NCBI GenBank assembly: GCA_018649885.1
Contig: JABIHA010000105.1
Coordinates: forward strand, 1 to 53,251
DNA length: 53,251 nucleotides
Source of the DNA: Bacteriovoracaceae bacterium
Lineage (GTDB): Bacteria; Bdellovibrionota; Bacteriovoracia; Bacteriovoracales; Bacteriovoracaceae
Direction of reading: 5' to 3'
Shown: piece by piece, positions 47,695-53,251 of the stretch
How positions within the stretch are numbered: the stretch's first letter is position 1
Layout of the letters: every line of letters starts with the position of its first letter
Program-made: the position numbers and the translations under genes
The notes under the pieces: model-generated
The model's database searches: none
What the model was told of the DNA's origin: nothing
What the model saw: the letters and a program-made list of their open reading frames with translations, nothing else

Positions 47695-47799
47695 GTATCA
47701 ATAAATTCTCTTTTGTCACCCTACATTGAGTTCTGAGAGAGGCTCTCAAGTTTTTCTTTCAATGGATCGAATAGTTGATAGCTTTCGTCGGGGATGTGA

Positions 47800-48315
47800 A
47801 TGAGAGATTATCGAAGAAGGGTTTATTTACTAGTTCTTGCTACGTTTTTATACTTTGGTGCTTATCCGCACCTTGCACCCAATTTGTTAAATTCCTTTGT
47901 CACGGCTAACTCATTTGAAGCAAGTGAGGTAAAAGGCTTCTCTGGTGGGATTGCCATTAGGGACGCTCGTGAAATGATTCGAGCAGAGCTCATTATTGAT
48001 AAGAACAATCTACCTCCAATGAGAGCTGCTGAAGATCCTCTCAGGAGAGTCCGGCGAAGAAGAAGAGTCAAAGTTTCAAAGACTGCGCAAGCTCCTGCCA
48101 AGGCCGACGTGGTGGTCAAAGAAAAAACCATTGAAAACAAAACTGCTGAAGGAAAAAATACTCGCATTAGCAATTTACAAAATAAAATGGATGATCAGAA
48201 GTTGCTTTCAACATCCACAGAAATGGCCGCAGGGAAATCCCTAGGAGGCCCTTGCGAAATGCTGGGGAGAGAGTCAGAAGAGTGTCTTCAGTACAGAAAG
48301 TCTATGGGCCTTTAA
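47800..48315 (+). CDS. Hypothetical membrane-anchored protein
   Basis: N-terminal basic and hydrophobic segment; C-terminal Cys pair; GGGGA RBS. Confidence 0.7.
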   Translation: MRDYRRRVYLLVLATFLYFGAYPHLAPNLLNSFVTANSFEASEVKGFSGGIAIRDAREMIRAELIIDKNNLPPMRAAEDPLRRVRRRRRVKVSKTAQAPAKADVVVKEKTIENKTAEGKNTRISNLQNKMDDQKLLSTSTEMAAGKSLGGPCEMLGRESEECLQYRKSMGL

Positions 48316-48516
48316 AAAAAATACAAATTAAATTTATTGAAAGACCTACCGCCGTGCCCGGTGCATTTAAACTCATTTACTGCGAAGTGTGGTGCCAATT
48401 TTATTCTGACAGTGGTGCCAAATCACGCCTGGTAAATTTTCAACCACCCGAGAAAAAAACTCAAGTGTAGCACTTACAATCGCCTCCACAGTGACATTCA
48501 TTCAATTTGAAAAATG

Positions 48517-48533
48517 TTGGCACAAACTTTGAA
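48517..48533 (+). promoter_or_regulatory. Putative sigma54 (-24/-12) promoter of the 48628-50699 operon
   Basis: TTGGCAC-AAACT-TTGAA versus TTGGCAC-N5-TTGCW; GTGGTGCCAA direct repeats about 100-130 bp upstream. Confidence 0.55.
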
Positions 48534-48627
48534 ATAGATAATTTCCATCGGTCACAAATTTTAAAAGATTTTTGATTTTGTCCTACATATCAAATCCCTT
48601 TTAACAGACGAACCAAAGGAGTCTATT

Positions 48628-49575
48628 TTGAAGACAAAGATTTTAATGTTAGCGGCCTTGATGGTGGTAAGCGCTCAAAGCTTTAGTGCCTTACCAAAAT
48701 CTTCGCCATTATCAACTCAAGTGAAAAAAGCAAAGTTAGTTTTTCAAGGAAAGGTTGTGGATATTGATTATCGGGATTCAGACGATTCATCAAAAGTTCC
48801 CCACACATATGTTACCTACCAAATTGAAAAAATTCTCAAAGGCAATTACAAGGCCCACAAAATTACGCTTCGATTTCTCGGTGGCGTTGATAGTGAGGAC
48901 GATTTTGTAGAAGTCAGTGGTTACCCTCTTTTTGATATGGGAGACAGAGATATTTTGATGGTTGAAGGCAATGGCACCGATGCGTGCCCACTTGTCGATT
49001 GTGAGCTTGGAAGGTTTAGACTCATTGGAGGAAAGACATATGGAGAGCTAGGACAAAAAATTTCTCTCAAAAAAGGTCTTATTGTCAGAGGCCTGCCAGT
49101 TAAGCTCAAAGAGGTGAGTACTCATTATCTAAAGCCTAAACAGTTTGGGAAAAAAGTCGTCATCACAAAAGATGAGTCCGTATTTACTAATAAAGATAGT
49201 GAGAAAGGACGTTTTAAAAAACCGGTTACCATTAGGCCTACAAAACCTAATAAACCTGGAAGATTTAATATCCTAGAGGGAACAGAGCTAGGGCAGAAGC
49301 TGGCGACAGCAAAGCTGTTAAAAGCTCATCTACCGGCCAAAGATTTTTCCACTTATACAATGAAAATCATTAAAAGAATCCACAGTCCAGGTGAATTAAA
49401 AAGACTACCTGCTGTTCAATCAATTTCAATTAAAAGGCCTTTTAAATTATCCATTGGAAAGATTTTATCACCCAAAAAACAGTTTAAAAGGATAGTTGCT
49501 CTTCCAAAAAATAGGGCAGAAAAACAGGAACTTCAACTGTACAAGGCAAACGGCAACAGCCCAGTGATTAGATAA
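48628..49575 (+). CDS. Secreted basic protein with TIMP/NTR-like N-terminal domain
   Basis: Signal peptide; AAGGAG RBS; AKLVFQGKV...TYVTYQIEKILKG...ITLRFLGG...F..GD pattern. Confidence 0.7.
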   Translation: MKTKILMLAALMVVSAQSFSALPKSSPLSTQVKKAKLVFQGKVVDIDYRDSDDSSKVPHTYVTYQIEKILKGNYKAHKITLRFLGGVDSEDDFVEVSGYPLFDMGDRDILMVEGNGTDACPLVDCELGRFRLIGGKTYGELGQKISLKKGLIVRGLPVKLKEVSTHYLKPKQFGKKVVITKDESVFTNKDSEKGRFKKPVTIRPTKPNKPGRFNILEGTELGQKLATAKLLKAHLPAKDFSTYTMKIIKRIHSPGELKRLPAVQSISIKRPFKLSIGKILSPKKQFKRIVALPKNRAEKQELQLYKANGNSPVIR

Positions 49576-49604
49576 TAACTAATATCTATACCAGGAGAGA
49601 AGAA

Positions 49605-50699
49605 ATGAAAAATACCATATTAGCATGTTCAGTGATTACCATGGCACTAAGTTCTTTTGATGCTTCGGCTTGGGTCACCAGTAAGTGCCTTGGCCGAAAA
49701 CTTAAGTGGCCAAATAATACAGTGAGAATGAGGGCCTCTGGAGTCAGCTTTGCTCCAGGAAGTTGGAGAGATGCTCTAACCGATGCAGTAGGAGCTTGGA
49801 ATAAAAACCCTTCAAAGTTTCAGTGGAATCTAACTTATGGAGATTCATCGGTGGGTTCAGGAAATGGACAAAATGAAGCTTGGTTTACTAATTCCCAAGG
49901 TCTTTTAAAAGGTGCTCCGGCACGGGCCTTAACAAAGTACACTTGCATTAATTATCTATTTGGAAAAACTGTAAAGCTTAAAGAGTCAGATGTGATTTTT
50001 GATGCGGGAGAGTCCTATACTACAACTAAAAATAAAAACTATCTATGGGAGTACGGTGGAGGAGGAAGGTCGTTTAGAACAACAGCACTCCATGAGCTTG
50101 GCCACGCTCTAGGACTAAAGCATGAAAATAGAGAATATAATATTATGGGGGAAGATTGGACGACTGTTAATGTGAATTATGTAACAGCAAGTGCTTACCC
50201 TGGTGAGGATGCAGGGGACGCGGCAGTCTATCTCTATGGGACTACCTCTAGTAATAGGCAGGATGTATCAGTTGTTCATTGGAAGAGAACCGGCGCCAAA
50301 GGACAGTATAGTGATCACTCCATGACAAAACTTTACAACTCATCAAATGCCACTCTTTCAAACTATAGTGATAGTGGAGAGAGAAGGTATAGACTAAACC
50401 CTGGACAGACTATAAAAGCCGAATTCTCATTTGAGAATAATGGAAAAAACACCCAGAATATTCAAGTGGCATACTATATTAGTACTAATGAGCTGATCAC
50501 AACACTCGATCAAAAGATAGGCTCTAGCAGTATGACGCTTTCAAGAGATGGAGTTTTTACCTACAAAAAATCTCTGGTCATCCCCGGTAATATGGGAGAT
50601 GGCAAAAAGTATCTTGGAGTTATCGTGGACTATAAAGGTAATTTATCTGAGGTCAATGAATCAAATAATGCTACCTATTTACCCATTGAGGTATTGTAG
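49605..50699 (+). CDS. Secreted matrixin-like (M10) metzincin protease with C-terminal CARDB/Ig domain
   Basis: Signal peptide; ESDVIFD, HELGHALGLKH, NIM Met-turn; C-terminal EVNESNN. Confidence 0.88.
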   Translation: MKNTILACSVITMALSSFDASAWVTSKCLGRKLKWPNNTVRMRASGVSFAPGSWRDALTDAVGAWNKNPSKFQWNLTYGDSSVGSGNGQNEAWFTNSQGLLKGAPARALTKYTCINYLFGKTVKLKESDVIFDAGESYTTTKNKNYLWEYGGGGRSFRTTALHELGHALGLKHENREYNIMGEDWTTVNVNYVTASAYPGEDAGDAAVYLYGTTSSNRQDVSVVHWKRTGAKGQYSDHSMTKLYNSSNATLSNYSDSGERRYRLNPGQTIKAEFSFENNGKNTQNIQVAYYISTNELITTLDQKIGSSSMTLSRDGVFTYKKSLVIPGNMGDGKKYLGVIVDYKGNLSEVNESNNATYLPIEVL

Positions 50700-50735
50700 G
50701 AAAGAGGGAGAAAAGGTACCCGTCTGTACCTAAAT

Positions 50736-50772
50736 AGGGCAGGGGAGCAGCATTGCTCCCCTGTCTGTTTTT
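50736..50772 (+). terminator. Rho-independent terminator of the protease operon
   Basis: gcaggggagca-gcat-tgctcccctgt followed by ctgttttt. Confidence 0.8.
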
Positions 50773-50803
50773 ATGCTATGGTGCTGACAAGAGGAAGGCA
50801 TCT

Positions 50804-52528
50804 ATGGAAAAGTTAACACTAAGTTCAAATCAACTAACGCAAAATATTGAAAATCTTCAAAACCATCTGAATGAGATAAAAGTGGAGGGTGCTTATATCT
50901 CGAGCTTTGATGCCTACTTGAGTGAATACGTCCCAAGACAAGAGTGCCATAGATACTATGTGACGGGCTTCACTGGCTCCATGGCCGAAGTATTTGTACC
51001 AGCAAATGGGAGAGTTCAGCTATTTGTTGATGGTCGCTATTACGAGCAAGCAGAAAGAGAAGTTGATCCAAAACTAGTGGAAATTAATAAGTGCGGGCTA
51101 GGTTTAAATGAGTTTCTCTTTAAATATATAAAAGACCATGAGATCACCTCAATTGCCTATGAGGCATCTAGAACTCCTATCTCTACTTTAAAGACAATGG
51201 AGCAGACCCTAGATGCAAAGGCCATGGATGAAGCTAAATTATCAAAGCTTCTCAGTTATCAAACTTTTAGGGCTGATGGTGAATTGTATTGTGCCAAAAG
51301 ACCTGATAGCGAATCGACTCATTTGAAGCTTGAAAGAGTTATCAAAAATGAGCATGAAGCCATTTTTGTTTCAGCACTTGATTCAATCTCTTGGCTTAGC
51401 AATTTAAGATCAAATGGCATTCCAAATAGTTCCTTTTTTTTGGCCAAATCAATTGCCACCTCTCAGACATTATACCTATTTTTAAATACTGAAGTACCTT
51501 CTGACAAAATAGGCAGTGATAATATCAAAATTTTCAGTGAAGATTCATTTGAGGATGTATTAAAGAGTATTACTGCTGACGGAAAGATCGAGCGCATACT
51601 TTATGATGCTGAAAGAATAACTGCTAAAGACTACCATTCACTTTGCGGTGTTGTGAGCGAAGACAACCTGGATGAGTTTCCAGGAGGTCTATACACTTTC
51701 CAATCAAGAAAATTAGACTCAGAGCTTGCGGCCATTAGAGAAAGTTTTGATCTTGCTGACCTGGCTATTTTAAATTCCATAAAAACTATTAGGCAGAAAG
51801 TCAAAAGTGGACAGCAAGTTTCGGAAAGAGATCTCTATAACGAAACTAACTCTTCTTATAAAAACCTTGGGGCCCTTTCACAAAGCTTTACCACAATTGC
51901 TTCAACGGGAGTCAATTCAAGTGTGATTCACTATGGTGATGCCAGTGATAAGGTTTTTGTAGAAGATGGGGATTGGATGCTACTAGATAGCGGTGGTTAT
52001 TGGGAGTCTGGCTTTGCCACTGATACCACTAGAACTTTTATGGCAAATCCTGATGCCGAGCCTTCAACTGAACAAAAGAAAATCTATACCTTGGTTCTTA
52101 AGGGATATATTAATGCCTCAACGGCCATTGTAAAAGAAGGGACTATTGGCGCCGTCATCGATGGCCTTGCTCGCGCCCCGATTAATGAATATGGATATAA
52201 TTATGAGCACGGCACAGGTCACGGAGTTGGCATTAGTGTCCATGAAGAGGGTATCAAGTTTAGACCAAGTTCTAATACGCCTATTTACCCCGGCCAAGTA
52301 GTTTCCATTGAACCAGGGATTTATCTCCCAGGATTTGGTGGATGCCGATTTGAAAATATCATAGAAGTTGTGGCCCACCCCAAATTTCCAGGCTTTGTAT
52401 ATTTTGAATCCCTTGTTTATATTGGCCTTGATTTGGCCCTTATCGATGATAGCCTACTCAGCGAAAAGGAAAGGTTATGGGTAGAAAATTACCAGAAGAA
52501 ATGCGCTAAATTAAATCGAGTTTTTTAG
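50804..52528 (+). CDS. Xaa-Pro aminopeptidase (aminopeptidase P, M24B)
   Basis: GFTGS, DGRYYEQA, LLDSGG....TDTTRT, HGTGHGVG..VHE, SIEPGIY..G..G.R.EN; GAGGAAGG RBS before ATG 50804. Confidence 0.93.
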   Translation: MEKLTLSSNQLTQNIENLQNHLNEIKVEGAYISSFDAYLSEYVPRQECHRYYVTGFTGSMAEVFVPANGRVQLFVDGRYYEQAEREVDPKLVEINKCGLGLNEFLFKYIKDHEITSIAYEASRTPISTLKTMEQTLDAKAMDEAKLSKLLSYQTFRADGELYCAKRPDSESTHLKLERVIKNEHEAIFVSALDSISWLSNLRSNGIPNSSFFLAKSIATSQTLYLFLNTEVPSDKIGSDNIKIFSEDSFEDVLKSITADGKIERILYDAERITAKDYHSLCGVVSEDNLDEFPGGLYTFQSRKLDSELAAIRESFDLADLAILNSIKTIRQKVKSGQQVSERDLYNETNSSYKNLGALSQSFTTIASTGVNSSVIHYGDASDKVFVEDGDWMLLDSGGYWESGFATDTTRTFMANPDAEPSTEQKKIYTLVLKGYINASTAIVKEGTIGAVIDGLARAPINEYGYNYEHGTGHGVGISVHEEGIKFRPSSNTPIYPGQVVSIEPGIYLPGFGGCRFENIIEVVAHPKFPGFVYFESLVYIGLDLALIDDSLLSEKERLWVENYQKKCAKLNRVF

Positions 52529-53251
52529 GTTGAAATATTCTTCTCTTCACACACCCTTTCACCTTTTTGTTGGGTGATTTTTTCTAAAGGTTTTGGGCCA
52601 AAGTCTAAAACAAATTGCCTGGTATTGTGGTTCCTACATACAAGTCTTAAATTCTCCAATGTATTTTTCCCTCCCTTTGAATAGGGGATGATGTGGTGAT
52701 CAAACTCCAGATTTCTAGATTCAGCGCACCTTCCTCTGTGCATGCTAACATGCTCGCAGGTGTAGTTTGCTCTTTTTCGAATTTTTCTTTTTATGACTTG
52801 AGAAATATACCTAGACCTGACACTTTGTATTGGAGAAGGCCTTCGAATTGCTTTTAATTCACATTTTTTAACTTGTTTTAATTTATTTTCAAGGGCCACT
52901 TCAAGTAACTTGATCTGATCCTCCCCTGTGAGATCTTGCAGCTCATTTAAAAGTTTCAAGACTTTTTTAGAGACTTTTAATTTAGGGGGGCTCCACCCAG
53001 GGGGGAGCTCATGTTTAGAGGAGTGCGAAGGCCTTGACGGTGATGTAGACAAAATCTCTTTTATTTTTGATATGGGGACTCCCACAATCTTTGAAAAAAC
53101 TTCCTCTTTTTTTGCAACGGATTTGTCTGGCTGCTTTGTGAGATAATCACTGGCCACAACTGCAGCAGTGAGTGAGAGCTCTCCTTTTTGGATGGCCTTT
53201 TCAATTTGATCCGAGTTTGCCATTAACTTCATCGCAGTGACCCGGTAATAG
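52525..53251 (-). CDS. HNH endonuclease domain protein (3' part; runs off window end)
   Basis: Frame open to the window edge (YYRVTAMKLM...); RYIS...R...CE....RC....LEFDH..PYSKGG....NLRLVCRNHN. Confidence 0.85.
   Translation of the reverse strand, partial: YYRVTAMKLMANSDQIEKAIQKGELSLTAAVVASDYLTKQPDKSVAKKEEVFSKIVGVPISKIKEILSTSPSRPSHSSKHELPPGWSPPKLKVSKKVLKLLNELQDLTGEDQIKLLEVALENKLKQVKKCELKAIRRPSPIQSVRSRYISQVIKRKIRKRANYTCEHVSMHRGRCAESRNLEFDHHIIPYSKGGKNTLENLRLVCRNHNTRQFVLDFGPKPLEKITQQKGERVCEEKNIST

Noticed and set aside
48380..48421. Minus-strand TTGGCAC motifs as sigma54 promoters
   Set aside because: GG-N10-GC spacing not met and no gene downstream on that strand
1..53251. tRNA, rRNA, IS elements, integrase or prophage
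   Set aside because: No cloverleaf, rRNA-like tract, transposase, integrase or phage structural gene recognised by eye; a covariance-model scan was not possible

Overview
AT-rich, gene-dense bacterial chromosomal window. Gene content and order (gspC-N cluster with a PilM-like GspL, ihfA-merR, glutamine synthetase III, DUF3015, many secreted proteases, Bdellovibrio-type HNH protein) suggest a predatory Bdellovibrionota member, probably Bacteriovoracaceae/Halobacteriovorax-like; this is inference only. Housekeeping blocks: guaB-like/plsB/folE; infC (AUU start)-rpmI-rplT; ihfA-merR; ispA; a type II secretion cluster (gspC-N); glnA (GSIII); murD; aminopeptidase P. Accessory genes are mostly exported proteins. 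The most notable are: (1) a three-gene operon encoding a divergent minimal secretin-like protein plus two mutually paralogous secreted proteins, convergent with a 1495-aa lipoprotein metalloprotease; (2) a ~1470-aa protein with an apparently inactivated papain-like head on 11 CARDB domains, located where pheS-pheT usually lies; (3) a putatively sigma54-driven pair of a TIMP/NTR-like protein and a matrixin-CARDB protease; (4) a 50-aa small protein missing from the ORF track, upstream of glnA. No rRNA, tRNA, CRISPR array or IS element was recognised. All family calls come from motifs read by eye; no database search was run.
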